DNA of 64,000 nt from an uncultured Acidobacteriota bacterium (GTDB taxonomy: Bacteria; Acidobacteriota; UBA6911), in NCBI GenBank assembly GCA_963827655.1, contig CAWHCF010000023.1, positions 352,001 through 416,000 of the forward strand, in the 5' to 3' direction. The position numbers and the translations under genes are program-made. Numbering within the stretch: position 1 is the stretch's first letter; the number at the start of each line of letters is the position of its first letter. The notes under the pieces were generated by a model. That model was not told where the DNA came from. It ran no database searches and saw nothing but the letters and a program-made list of their open reading frames with translations. Shown here piece by piece: positions 1 through 10,214 of the stretch.

Positions 1-794
1 GGCCGGCGAGATAATTCCACCAGCACCGAATTGTTGAGGACCTTGAAAGGAGGGAGGTCCATTTCCCGCGCCAGGCGGTCCCGCAGCACGTATAGCGCAC
101 TGAGAACGGCGAGCTGGTGCGACGAAAGTTGGGCGCTCCCCTTGATCCGCCGAAAGCCCTCCGGATCGAACTTTTTCTCCTGAGATGTGCAGCCGGCTGC
201 AGTTTCGAACTCTTCCGACGCCCACTGGAGACGTCCTTTCTCGCTCAGTTGCGATTCCAAGAGATCTCTCAGCTCCAGCAGATGATGGGTATCCATGGCC
301 GCATACTCCAGCTGCGCCGGCTCCAGAGGCCGGCGCGACCAGTCGTCGCGCTGGCGGTGCTTGGAGTGAACTACTTTCAGAAGCTTTTCCAGGAGAGCGC
401 TGAGGCCCAACTGCTCGTAACCGAGCAGCTGTGCAGCCAAGTGGGTGTCAAAGATGCTTCCGAACGAGAACCCGTAATCGCGCCGCAGAGAGCCTACGTC
501 ATAGCTTGCCGCGTGAAAGACCTTCTCCACGCGACGATTGGCCATGAGCGGCGCCAGCGGTGTTAAATCCTTGACCGCCAGGGTATCGACGATGAATGTC
601 TCGACATCGGTGGAGATCTGAACCAGGCATACCTTTTCGAAGTAGTGGTAGAGGCTGTCGGCTTCAATGTCGACGGCGACGCGAGCCGCTTTCGTCAGGG
701 TCTGGAGCGCTCCATCAAAGGCGTCAGGCGTGTCAACCACGTAATATCGCGGAGACCTGGAAGCAGCCCCGCGTTCAACTCGGGAAGCATCCAT
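1..794 (-). CDS. rnd: Ribonuclease D (3'-5' exonuclease + HRDC), runs off the window start
   Basis: Manual translation from ATG 794 gives AVDIEADSLYHYFEKVCLVQIS, KVFHAASYD, DWSRRPL, YAAMDTH and HRDC-type DLPPFKVLNN; absent from the ORF track because it is truncated. Confidence 0.9.
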   Translation of the reverse strand, partial: MDASRVERGAASRSPRYYVVDTPDAFDGALQTLTKAARVAVDIEADSLYHYFEKVCLVQISTDVETFIVDTLAVKDLTPLAPLMANRRVEKVFHAASYDVGSLRRDYGFSFGSIFDTHLAAQLLGYEQLGLSALLEKLLKVVHSKHRQRDDWSRRPLEPAQLEYAAMDTHHLLELRDLLESQLSEKGRLQWASEEFETAAGCTSQEKKFDPEGFRRIKGSAQLSSHQLAVLSALYVLRDRLAREMDLPPFKVLNNSVLVELSRR

Positions 795-830
795 GCCGCT
801 GAGGTTAGCAGAGCAGGGGACACAGATACA

Positions 831-977
831 ATTGCAGATTGCGGATTGCGGATTTCAGCATTGCAGATTGCGGATTGTGGATCGATGGCAGTAGCCGAAG
901 GAAGCTGCAACACACTAAGGTCAAATGGCGGCCAACTGTTTTTTCAATCCGCAATCTGCAATCTGCAATCCGCAATC
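831..977. repeat. Inverted pair of heptamer arrays (GATTGCR 831-882; CAATCYG 945-977)
   Basis: attgcagattgcggattgcgg... faces caatccgcaatctgcaatctgcaatccgcaatc. Confidence 0.9.
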
Positions 978-980
978 GTG

Positions 981-2111
981 TCATCCCCAGACCTTCCGCG
1001 CGGTTTCCGTGATTAGCCTCAATTTTAGCTTCTCATCCTCAACCGTTATTCGATTTCCGATAATAGAACTCGCGAAGCCGCACTGCGGACTCAGCGCAAG
1101 ACGCTCCAGCGGCACGAAGCGGCTGGCCTCCTCGATACGAAAGGTTAGCTCCCGAATCGTTTCCAATCGCGGTGACTTGGTTGTGACCAATCCCAGCACA
1201 ACCGTCTTATCGCCGGACACCTCTCTCAGCGGTTCGAATGATCCGGAACGTTGATCGTCGTACTCGAGTAACAGCCGGTGCGCCTTTACCCCACGAAAGA
1301 TGGGTCGGGCGACACTTTCGTAACCGCCTTCGGAGAGCCACCGGCTTCCCTGGTTCCCGCGGCACAGATGGAATCCGAAAGTAACTCCAGGAAAAGCTCC
1401 AATGACGGCGTTGTCCAATTCGATCCCTCGAGCGAGCCAGCGCGAAACATCCCAGCCTTGCCTTTCGTAAAAGGTCCTGGTCCTGGGATCCGCGAGGAGA
1501 GGGTAGTGGGGCGCATCGAGCTGAATGTAGCCGGCCCCCAGGCTGACCAGCTGGGCAACCTCGTCTCTCAGGAAATCCGCGACATCAGCCAGGAAACCAT
1601 CCAGCGTCGGATAGGCGTCTCTTGAAACATCCGGCGACCAGAAGTTCGCCCACAGACTCGGGCTGGGAACGCTAAGCTTGGGCGTCCTGGTCGTGCGGCC
1701 CCTCAAGTAGACAAACTCCTCGATCAGCGGGTAGCGCTTGCGCTTTAATTTCGCTACTACCCCGAGGGACGCCGGTCTTTCCTGCCTCAAGTTTCCGACT
1801 TGTTCCCCGCCGCGCCAATCACCCCAGAGAAATGCGTCCAGGTCGAAGGCGCCCAGACCGTCGACTGCCTCGGCCAGCGGGCTCTGGAAGGACAGCCGGC
1901 GCATCTCACCGTCCGTAACCACTTCCATGCCGGCGTCCTGCTGAAGTGCGACCGCTTCATCGACCGCGCGATCTTCAACCGCCTTGAATTGTTGCGGACT
2001 GATTTGGCCGGCGTACAAGTCCTCTCGAGCTCTCAGGAGCCCCGCAGGTCGCAGCAGACTTCCGACCACATCGGCATGCGCGTCAATCAAGCCTTTGGTC
2101 CCCAACGACAT
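981..2111 (-). CDS. Cobalamin-independent methionine synthase II family (single-domain MetE-like)
   Basis: DVVGSLLRP, TDGEMRR, HLCRGN, LEYD and SPQCGFAS Zn-site motifs; start could be 2123. Confidence 0.9.
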   Translation of the reverse strand: MSLGTKGLIDAHADVVGSLLRPAGLLRAREDLYAGQISPQQFKAVEDRAVDEAVALQQDAGMEVVTDGEMRRLSFQSPLAEAVDGLGAFDLDAFLWGDWRGGEQVGNLRQERPASLGVVAKLKRKRYPLIEEFVYLRGRTTRTPKLSVPSPSLWANFWSPDVSRDAYPTLDGFLADVADFLRDEVAQLVSLGAGYIQLDAPHYPLLADPRTRTFYERQGWDVSRWLARGIELDNAVIGAFPGVTFGFHLCRGNQGSRWLSEGGYESVARPIFRGVKAHRLLLEYDDQRSGSFEPLREVSGDKTVVLGLVTTKSPRLETIRELTFRIEEASRFVPLERLALSPQCGFASSIIGNRITVEDEKLKLRLITETARKVWG

Positions 2112-2229
2112 CCAACCACCCAACGCGAAGAAACCTTAAGCATGCTGTTAGATCTCAGGTATGATTCTACCCGCTTTGAAGGGAGCTCACCGATGCGAAT
2201 TCCGACGATTTTGAATTTAGGATTCCGTT

Positions 2230-3634
2230 GTGCTGGTTTTTCAATCGTCAATCGTCAATCGTCAATCGTCAATCCTAAGTCGTCCTTCTGTTCCTTGCCC
2301 CGGCGCTCATTCTGAGTCCCGCGGCGGCGCAAGACGCCGGCAAGCCGTGGCGGGCGGGCCTGGCCTCAGTCGACATCACTCCGGCGGAGTCTATATGGCT
2401 TGCCGGCTACGGCGCGCGCACCAAACCATCGGAAGGAGTAATCGCGCCCATCTTCGCCAAGGCTCTGGTGCTGGAAGATCCGCGCGGGTCCCGGCTGGTC
2501 ATCATTACCTCCGATATCCTGGGGTTCACTCGAGCCCTTTCCGACCCCATCGCCGATCAGCTCGCGAAAAAATTGAAGCTTCGCCGAGATCAGATCCTCT
2601 TTACTTCCTCCCATACTCATTCCGCGCCTGTGGTGCGCGATTACGCCGTCTTCTCCTATGGGCTGACCCAGGAGCAGGAAGCCGCCGTCGAACGTTACAG
2701 CCGCGGACTCGAAACGAAAGTGGCTCAGGTCGTCGAACAAGCCTTCAAGGACAGGTCTCCGGCCCGGCTCTCGTTCGGTCGCGGAAAGGCCGGGTTCGCC
2801 ATCAATCGCCGCGTTTCGAAACCAGACGGTTTTCAGATCAGCGTCAACCCGGTGGGGCCCGTCGATCACGAGGTCCCGGTGATGCGGATCGCAGGCACGG
2901 ACGGAGAGCTGCGCGGAATTCTATTCGGATACGCATGTCACAACACAACACTCGGAGGCGATATTTATCAGGTAAACGGAGATTATGCGGGCTTTGCGCA
3001 GGCCGCGCTGGAAAAGAAAAATCCCGGAGCGACGGCAATGTTCGTCAGTGGTTTCGCCGGCGACGCCAATCCGAATCCGCGCGGGAAACTCGAACACGCG
3101 CAGCAGTACGGCGAGGACCTGGCGAATTCAGTGAATGGCGTGCTCAGCCAGAAGATGGAACCGGTCAGCGGGAACCTGGCCACAGCTTTCGATTATGTTC
3201 AGCTGCCCTTCTCCACGCCGCCAACGAAGGAGGAACTCGAAGCGCGCCTGAAAGAGAAAGATCTCATTCGACAGCGCAACGCGCGGCGCATGCTCGATAC
3301 TATCGCTCGCGAGGGACGATTGCCCAGCCACTATCCTTATCCGATCCAGGTAGCCCAGTTCGGAACGTCATCGACCCTCATCGCGCTGGGCGGTGAGGTT
3401 GTGGTCGATTACTCCATCCGTTTGCGGAAGGAGCTAGCCGAGCATCCTTTGTTCCTGATCGCCTACGCAAACGACGTGATGGGCTACATTCCGTCGTTGC
3501 GGATTCTGAAGGAAGGCGGTTATGAAGGAGGCGGCTCAATGATGTTTTATTTGCGGCCGGGCCCCTGGGCGGAGGGAGTGGAAGAAATGATCGTGGAAAA
3601 GGTGCGCCAACTCGTGAGTCGCGTCAGGAAATGA
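2230..3634 (+). CDS. Secreted neutral/alkaline ceramidase-like hydrolase; probable indel near 2277
   Basis: SHTHSAP, GYACHNT and GGYE motifs; the 2468 frame extends upstream to VVLLFLAPALILSPAAAQ and AGLASVDITP but is closed by TAA 2276-2278. Confidence 0.75.
2241..2275 (+). repeat. (TCAATCG)n heptamer array, about 5 units
   Basis: tcaatcg x4 followed by tcaatcc. Confidence 0.95.
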
Positions 3635-3640
3635 GCCTCA

Positions 3641-3664
3641 GAAATTAGGGACGTCCCTAATTTC
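3641..3664. repeat. Perfect 24-bp palindrome between convergent genes (terminator or REP-like)
   Basis: GAAATTAGGGAC|GTCCCTAATTTC. Confidence 0.8.
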
Positions 3665-3677
3665 ATTTGCCATTAGA

Positions 3678-4421
3678 TCAGACTCCTACGATCAGTCCGT
3701 CTCTCGCCAACTCGATCTCGATCTGATCCCGGCGTTCCAACACCTCGCGCCCCAGATGCGTGAGAATCAATCGTCTACAACCAAAGCGTTCCTTGTGCTC
3801 GGCCAAACGAGGATAGTCGAGGTGGAACGACAGGCGAGTCTCAAAAAAGCAGCACTCGCAGATGAACAGGTCGGTATCCTGAGAGCGCGTCACGAGCTCT
3901 TCCGTCCACCCGGTATCGCCTGAATAGAGAATTCGGCGGCCATCGACATTCACCTTCAATCCCAGCGATACTTCGTTTTCCTGGTGAGGGACGCGAAAGG
4001 GCTCGACTCCGATCGCGTCGATACTCAGAGGAACCCCGGGCGACATTTCGATAAACTCCAATGCAAAAGGGAGCGGCTGGCGCGAGGCATCCTTGTACAT
4101 AGCCCGAAACAGCGACCAAACGCGTTCCTCCGTGCCCGGCGGTCCTGCGATCCGGAGCGGACGCCGGCGCGGCCGGTCATGAGTGTAATGAAGCAGCAAG
4201 AACGGGATTCCGGCGAAGTGATCGCCGTGCAGATGACTGATCAAAATCGTATCAATAGGCGGAATGAGCGACGGAGTGCGCTGCAGAGACGCCAGTGTGG
4301 TGACGCCGCAATCCAGCAAGAAGGAAACGCCCTCGGCCTGCACCAGATACGCCGCCTGATGTCGTCCCTTGGCGCAAAACGCATCTCCCGCCCCGAGAAA
4401 TGAAACCCAGACCGGCGCCAT
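3678..4421 (-). CDS. MBL-fold metallo-hydrolase (RNase Z/BN-like)
   Basis: LLDCG, SHLHGDH, YSGDT, LTHL. Confidence 0.9.
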   Translation of the reverse strand: MAPVWVSFLGAGDAFCAKGRHQAAYLVQAEGVSFLLDCGVTTLASLQRTPSLIPPIDTILISHLHGDHFAGIPFLLLHYTHDRPRRRPLRIAGPPGTEERVWSLFRAMYKDASRQPLPFALEFIEMSPGVPLSIDAIGVEPFRVPHQENEVSLGLKVNVDGRRILYSGDTGWTEELVTRSQDTDLFICECCFFETRLSFHLDYPRLAEHKERFGCRRLILTHLGREVLERRDQIEIELARDGLIVGV

Positions 4422-4602
4422 AGGCCAAGTATAACCTGCGCCAGGCAGGAACCTTTGCGTTTCTTCCGTTCTTTATTGTGTTTCGCATCAAGAACTTCAA
4501 AGACGCGAGGATGACACAAGGTAGACTTCATCCGGCGGATCATTTATAAAGTGGCGCTCGTATTCGCTGATCCAGCGGTCATCATTGCTTTCCGGAGATT
4601 GA

Positions 4603-6063
4603 ATGAATCAGGCGGTCCTTGACGACTCTACCCCGAAGCGCGTCCATGAAGCGCCTGCCTTGCCGCCTTTGGTTTCTCTTGCTCTTATTCTGCTCCTTGG
4701 TCTGGGCATTCTGTATGTCGTGCCGCGTCCCTCGGGTATCAGCCCGGAGGGTTGGCGCATGCTGGCTATTTTCCTATGCACGATCTTCGGGCTCACACTG
4801 CGACCATTGCCGGTTGGTGCGGTGGTTCTCATCGGTCTCACGTCTACGATACTCACCGGTGTCTTGACCATTACCCAGGCGCTGTCCGCCTATGGAGGCA
4901 GTTCGGTGTGGCTGGTGGTATCCGCCTTCTTCATAGCTCGAGCGCTGATCAGCAGCGGGCTGGCGCGGCGGATCGCCCTGATTTTCGTGCGGGCGATCGG
5001 GCATACGTCGCTCGGTCTCGGGTACTCTCTGGTTGCCTCGGACCTGGTTCTGGCCGGCATCATTCCATCGAACTCGGCGAGAGTTGGAGGGGTGATCTTC
5101 CCGGTCACGCGCAGTCTGGTGCTGATCTACAAGTCGCGACCCGGTCCCACAGCCGCGCTCTTGGGAACCTACATCATGCTCACGATCTATCACGGAGACC
5201 TGGTGGCATGCGCCATGTTCATCACCGGTCAAGCCAGCAATCCGATCGCGGCAGATCTGGCCATGAAGACGGCACAGGTCACGATTAACTGGGCCAGCTG
5301 GCTTTGGACAGCGCTGCTGCCCGGCCTGGCTGGAATGGTCGCTGTGCCCTGGGTGATCTATCGTTTGTCCCCTCCCGAAATCCGGCACACACCCGAGGCT
5401 GCTGAGCTAGCTAAAAAAGAGCTGCAAGAAATGGGGCCGCTGAGCCGCGACGAAAAAATAGTTCTTTCGGTCTTCCTTCTTGTCTGTGGAATCTGGTCAA
5501 CATCCGCCCTGCACACAATCCAGACCACGACCGGGGCCCTGGTGGGGGTGGTTGTGCTCCTGATGACGAAGGCTTTGTCATGGGAAGATGCGATGAAAGA
5601 GCATGTCGCCTGGGATGTCTTCGTCTGGTACGGAGGCATGATCCGGATGGGAGAAGCTCTAAATGAATTCGGCCTCACTTCACTGTTCGCGCGATGGGTT
5701 TCGGGCCACTTCGGCGGTTGGGAGTGGCCCGCCCTGATGGCGGTAATCGTCTTGATCTACTTCTACGTCCACTACGCCTTCGCCAGCCTCACGAGCCACA
5801 TCATTTCGCTTTATGCGCCTTTTCTGGCGGTTCTCCTGGCGGCCGGCGCTCCCGCGCCCCTTGCTGCCTATGCCATGGCCTTCTATACCAATCTTTCGGC
5901 CTCGCTGACACATTACGGCACCACTCATTCTCCCATCATCTATTCTGCCGGATATATCTCGATCGGCCTGTGGTGGAAAATCGGTCTCCTGATTTCCTTC
6001 GTGCATCTCTCGATCTGGACTGTGGTCGGACTAGTGTGGTGGCGATTGATCGGACTCTGGTAG
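4603..6063 (+). CDS. DASS family anion/carboxylate transporter (CitT/TtdT/YflS-like)
   Basis: IPSNSARVGG, YAFASLTSH, LTHYGT, many TM helices, C-terminal WWRLIGLW. Confidence 0.9.
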   Translation: MNQAVLDDSTPKRVHEAPALPPLVSLALILLLGLGILYVVPRPSGISPEGWRMLAIFLCTIFGLTLRPLPVGAVVLIGLTSTILTGVLTITQALSAYGGSSVWLVVSAFFIARALISSGLARRIALIFVRAIGHTSLGLGYSLVASDLVLAGIIPSNSARVGGVIFPVTRSLVLIYKSRPGPTAALLGTYIMLTIYHGDLVACAMFITGQASNPIAADLAMKTAQVTINWASWLWTALLPGLAGMVAVPWVIYRLSPPEIRHTPEAAELAKKELQEMGPLSRDEKIVLSVFLLVCGIWSTSALHTIQTTTGALVGVVVLLMTKALSWEDAMKEHVAWDVFVWYGGMIRMGEALNEFGLTSLFARWVSGHFGGWEWPALMAVIVLIYFYVHYAFASLTSHIISLYAPFLAVLLAAGAPAPLAAYAMAFYTNLSASLTHYGTTHSPIIYSAGYISIGLWWKIGLLISFVHLSIWTVVGLVWWRLIGLW

Positions 6064-6252
6064 TTCGGGGGCCCAGGTGTTAGAGTCTTGGCGACTTTGG
6101 GCGGCCGGGTAATGGGTCATTTTCAAGGCGGCGTCTCTTCATCGCGGTACCTTGCCCCGAGCCTATACACGCAAAGGAGTAGAGCGCCTTCGGCGATTGA
6201 ATGTTCGTCCCGGGTGTCAAAACGACCCACTACAGCTCTTCGCGTACTCAAG

Positions 6253-7116
6253 ATGAAAAAGGGTGAAAAGCTCCGCAAGCGGTTGCTGTACGCTGTCGGA
6301 AAAGCCATCGCAGACTTTCACATGGTCGAGCAGGGTGATCGTGTCATGGTCTGCCTGAGCGGCGGGAAGGACAGCTACACGATGCTGTCACTGTTAAGCG
6401 ACCTCCAGTCGCGCGCGCCGGTCAGTTTCGAGCTTCTGGCCGTGAATCTGGATCAGAAACAGCCTGGTTTTCCGGACCACGTTCTCCCGAACTATCTTGC
6501 GGCTCGGGAGATTCCGTATCGAATCGTCCAGAAGGACACTTACTCCATCGTGAAGGCCAAGGTTCCGGAAGGTGAGACGACCTGCGCGCTGTGCTCGCGC
6601 TTGCGGCGGGGAATCCTTTACAAGACCGCGGTTGAAGAAGGGTGCACCAAGATTGCGCTCGGGCATCACGCCGATGATATTCTGCAAACCTTGTTGCTCA
6701 ACCTGTTCTTCAATGGTTCTCTCAAAACCATGCCGCCGGTTCTGCGCAGTGAAGATGGGCGAAACACAGTGATTCGACCTCTGGCCTACTGCTGGGAATC
6801 GGAAATAGCGGAGTTCGCGGCCACCCAGGAGTTTCCCATCATTCCCTGCGATCTTTGCGGCTCGCAAGAGGATTTGAAGCGCAAGCGCGTGGGACGATTG
6901 CTGGAAGAGTTACAAAAGGAGATCCCCGGACTGAAAAGCTCGATGCTGGCCGCTACCGGCCGGATTGTCCCGTCGCACCTTCTGGACCGAAGGCTGTTCG
7001 ATTTTCAATCGCTGTCGGTTCAGACCGGTGACATCTCCGAAGAACTGGATCTGGCTCTGGACCACCAGCACACCCTCCAGCACCTTGAGGGTGGCACATC
7101 CACCATGAATCCCTGA
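6253..7116 (+). CDS. ttcA: tRNA 2-thiocytidine(32) synthetase
   Basis: SGGKDS PP-loop, [26 protein letters not shown]; start placed at MKKGEK. Confidence 0.95.
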   Translation: MKKGEKLRKRLLYAVGKAIADFHMVEQGDRVMVCLSGGKDSYTMLSLLSDLQSRAPVSFELLAVNLDQKQPGFPDHVLPNYLAAREIPYRIVQKDTYSIVKAKVPEGETTCALCSRLRRGILYKTAVEEGCTKIALGHHADDILQTLLLNLFFNGSLKTMPPVLRSEDGRNTVIRPLAYCWESEIAEFAATQEFPIIPCDLCGSQEDLKRKRVGRLLEELQKEIPGLKSSMLAATGRIVPSHLLDRRLFDFQSLSVQTGDISEELDLALDHQHTLQHLEGGTSTMNP

Positions 7117-7146
7117 GAACGCGGTAAGACGTTCCTCGAACCTGGC

Positions 7147-7542
7147 ATGCGAAGAAAGAACATCGACAGTGGAACGCCGTGGGAACCAATCGTTGGATAC
7201 TCGCGCGCCGTTCGAATTGGATCTGAAGTTCATGTCTCCGGAACCACCGCTACGGACGAAAACGGAAGAATCGTCGGCATCGGAGATCCTGCCGCCCAGA
7301 CGCTTCAGGCTTTGAGGAATATTGAAACTGCTTTGAAAAAGGCCGGCGCAACCCGCAACGACGTAGTGCGCACCCGCATGTATGTGACCAACATCGACGA
7401 CTGGGAACAAATCGGCAGGGCGCATGGTGAGTTCTTTCGCGAAATCCGACCCGCGACCAGCATGGTCGAAGTGAGCCGGCTGATCAGTTCTGAAATGCTG
7501 GTGGAAATCGAAGCCGACGCGGTGATATCCAGTGACGAGTGA
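7147..7542 (+). CDS. RidA/YjgF family protein
   Basis: [34 protein letters not shown]. Confidence 0.92.
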   Translation: MRRKNIDSGTPWEPIVGYSRAVRIGSEVHVSGTTATDENGRIVGIGDPAAQTLQALRNIETALKKAGATRNDVVRTRMYVTNIDDWEQIGRAHGEFFREIRPATSMVEVSRLISSEMLVEIEADAVISSDE

Positions 7543-7605
7543 CACGCCGAAGCACCAACCTCCAAGACACGAAGACTCGAAGAAACGCCAGGAAGGTTGC
7601 TCTGG

Positions 7606-8640
7606 TCACTGCTTCACATTCCAGGCGCGGCTGAGGAAATAACGTTCGGTCCAGGTTATGTTCTTCCAGGCCAGATGACGACCTATCGCCCTCAAGTACG
7701 GTTTCGAAGCCTGCGCCAGGTAACGGTAGTAACCTGCTCGAGACAAGTCCGTGAGCGCTCGCGAGTAGTACTGAAATATAGTTCGGTCCAGAAGGGCTTT
7801 CCCCACGCGAAGTCCGGTGACTGCGGTTCGGCCGGAGCGTTCCAATTGGTTGACGGCGTTCAAGGCCATCGCGGCACCGATTTCGAATAGAGATCTGTTT
7901 TCCTTCTGAGCAACGTCTTCCATTTTCCGGAGAAGCGAGTCCATCTCCTCTGCGCCGATCGCGCGCCGGAGCTTGAGTCCCCGGGCCTCCTGGCGCAGAA
8001 ATTTGAGTGTCTCTCTCAGTTCCTCAACCGACAGCGGTGGAGTATCGATCTGGTCGGCTACCTGCCCGGCAAACGATTGCAATCCATCCAGAAGCTGGTC
8101 GACGGTCTCTACCTGGGTATCAGGATCCAGCATACCCTTTCGCTTCATCTCTTCTGTGAGCTCTTTCAGGAACACCTTCGTACCGCCTGAAATGTCCGCT
8201 ATGAGCGCCAGAATCCAGACCGGAGAAGCGTGCAGCGTTAGTATGCCGGTCAGTTCCACGAAGTTCCCGACGAATTTTCGCGCAACGTAGCCTGAAGCCG
8301 GCGTCCCATCGGTTGGATACACATTCTGGACTCCCCCCACTTCCTGAATCAGGTAACGGAGATTCTTCTTCAGGAGAACCTGGTAGAGCTTGGTCTGCCG
8401 GACAGCCTCGGGCAGAAGCAGATCCGAAATCCCCTTCAGCAGACCCGCCGTCGAGCCCACGAGAATGCGCGAAAATCTTTCGGGAAGACTCAAAGCATAG
8501 GCGGTCAATCTCTTTCCTCGAGCCGATACCCCGGCCAGCCGAAGGTCACAGCGGGCGCAATACGCCGTGTCGTCCGTGATGGACAGGAGCTCGCCGCAGG
8601 AAGGACATTTCGTCTTCGATCGAGGCCTACTCCTTATCAT
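7606..8640 (-). CDS. Hypothetical protein with N-terminal Zn ribbon and helical body
   Basis: CPSC...CARC; long ORF in line with neighbours; start uncertain (8640 or 8676). Confidence 0.7.
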   Translation of the reverse strand: MIRSRPRSKTKCPSCGELLSITDDTAYCARCDLRLAGVSARGKRLTAYALSLPERFSRILVGSTAGLLKGISDLLLPEAVRQTKLYQVLLKKNLRYLIQEVGGVQNVYPTDGTPASGYVARKFVGNFVELTGILTLHASPVWILALIADISGGTKVFLKELTEEMKRKGMLDPDTQVETVDQLLDGLQSFAGQVADQIDTPPLSVEELRETLKFLRQEARGLKLRRAIGAEEMDSLLRKMEDVAQKENRSLFEIGAAMALNAVNQLERSGRTAVTGLRVGKALLDRTIFQYYSRALTDLSRAGYYRYLAQASKPYLRAIGRHLAWKNITWTERYFLSRAWNVKQ

Positions 8641-8684
8641 TCGCAAAATGTCGGCGCGCTCCCTGCAAACCGTCAAGACACCAG

Positions 8685-9545
8685 CTAGGGGTTTTGTCGA
8701 AGGTAGCGTCGGAACTCGGGTGGCGGTCCGGTAGAGTGTACCAGAGGGGTGCCGCGGGTGGGGTGGCGGAAGCCCAGGAGGAAAGCATGCAGACCCATCC
8801 TTCCAAGCGGGTTGATCGTACTGCCATAGGCCAGATCACCCGCAACAGGATGACCCATCTCGGAAAGGTGCGCTCGAATCTGATTCTTTCTGCCCGTCTC
8901 GAGCGTGACTTCCATTGACGTAAGGGTTGGGAACCGGCGCAGGACCCGGTAGTGCGTGACGGCTTGTTTGCCCTGACTGCCGCGCGTCGATCTCATACGC
9001 CCCGCTTGGTCCTGGGCGAGACGGCTGGAGATTGTCCCGCGCTCGTCCTTCACCTGCCCCTCAACGATGGCCCAGTACTTGCGCTCGATATCGTGCTGCT
9101 TGAACAGGTCCTGAAGCTTCGTCTTTACCGCCGCACTCTTCGCAAAAACGAGCAACCCGCTCACAAATTTGTCCAGGCGATGGACGATGAAGAGCTGTGC
9201 TCGCGGGTTGCGTGCCCGAAGGTGCTCGCGCAGGTAGGCGTAGGCGGTCCGCTCTCGTTCGTGGGGCGTGGCAACTGTTAACAAGCCGGCGGGCTTGTGG
9301 ATTACCAGTACGTCCTGGTCTTCGTAGAGGATCAGCACGCCGCGTGCGCGCGCAGCGGCTGAGGCTCGCTCTATCTCAAGGACGTCGCCGGCGCCGGTCT
9401 GCCGGCTCGGGATCTTACTGATTTTCCCGTTCAGGCGCACGCATCCGTGCCCGATCATCTGGCGCAACGTTCGGTTGGACGCGCCTGGTATCAGCGTGCG
9501 AAGCGCTGTCAGAAGCGAACCTGGAGCCGAAAGGACAATTCTCAC
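8685..9545 (-). CDS. RluA/RluD family pseudouridine synthase with S4-like N-terminus
   Basis: KPAGL, VHRLDKFVSG, TGRKNQIR, GDLAYG. Confidence 0.93.
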   Translation of the reverse strand: MRIVLSAPGSLLTALRTLIPGASNRTLRQMIGHGCVRLNGKISKIPSRQTGAGDVLEIERASAAARARGVLILYEDQDVLVIHKPAGLLTVATPHERERTAYAYLREHLRARNPRAQLFIVHRLDKFVSGLLVFAKSAAVKTKLQDLFKQHDIERKYWAIVEGQVKDERGTISSRLAQDQAGRMRSTRGSQGKQAVTHYRVLRRFPTLTSMEVTLETGRKNQIRAHLSEMGHPVAGDLAYGSTINPLGRMGLHAFLLGFRHPTRGTPLVHSTGPPPEFRRYLRQNP

Positions 9546-9959
9546 CTAGCTCTGATTGCAGATGAGCAACCTGGTAGAATCGGCGAACCGCACGGTAATC
9601 TTGTTCGGGGGCACGAAGGACTGCACACAACCGAGGCCGAAGGTGGAGTGCTCGATCCAGTCTCCTTCTCCGAAGCTGCCGGACATACTATAGGTCTTGT
9701 GGGGTTTTCCGGAGGCCTCCTGCATGACATCGTTCCAAGACTGGCGTACTCTCTTGGGCGCGGCTTTGGGTTTCTCCGCTTTTTTCGCTGCGGCCTTGGC
9801 GGTCGGTTTGGCAGAGCGATAGTTGTGATCCCCGCCGCAAGTGTTACATTTCACGCGGCTGGGTTTCGCTCCTTTCAGGGCCACAATCGTGTGGTCCAGC
9901 ACTAGCTTGCATTTCGTACAGTAGGCTTCGACAACCGAGCCGGCCGCGATCTTGGTCAT
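9546..9959 (-). CDS. Zn-ribbon protein with K/A-rich linker and Tudor/SH3-like C-terminal domain
   Basis: CTKC..H..CNTC..H; C-terminus FGEGDWIEHSTFGLGCV..ITVRF. Confidence 0.75.
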   Translation of the reverse strand: MTKIAAGSVVEAYCTKCKLVLDHTIVALKGAKPSRVKCNTCGGDHNYRSAKPTAKAAAKKAEKPKAAPKRVRQSWNDVMQEASGKPHKTYSMSGSFGEGDWIEHSTFGLGCVQSFVPPNKITVRFADSTRLLICNQS

Positions 9960-10214
9960 GGCTTTTCCTCGTGATTAGGCATATTAAACGTGGGAATCTT
10001 ACCACATTCGATGAGCAGGGGACAGTCCTCCTGACTGTCTCGACTTCTCGAATGGGCATTCCCGGTTCAACCCTGAGTCACACGGTTTCACAAATACGGG
10101 GTAACGTTCAAAGCAAGCTGCCGCCTTACAAGAGAGGCGCGCCGACGCGAAGGAGTTTGCTCTTCGATGGTGAGTTGACGCCCAATTTTGAAGAGACGCT
10201 GAGGACCGAGTTCG

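Noticed and set aside
2230-3396. 388-aa alternative-frame ORF and similar long shadow ORFs (46769..47884, 54659..55861, 54700..55848, 57117..58265, 58888..59958)
   Set aside because: They overlap well-supported genes, lack motifs and are expected in GC-rich DNA.
10050-10190. 6S RNA call (GGTTCAA word)
   Set aside because: I could not build the long rod with a central bubble; kept only as an unassigned candidate.
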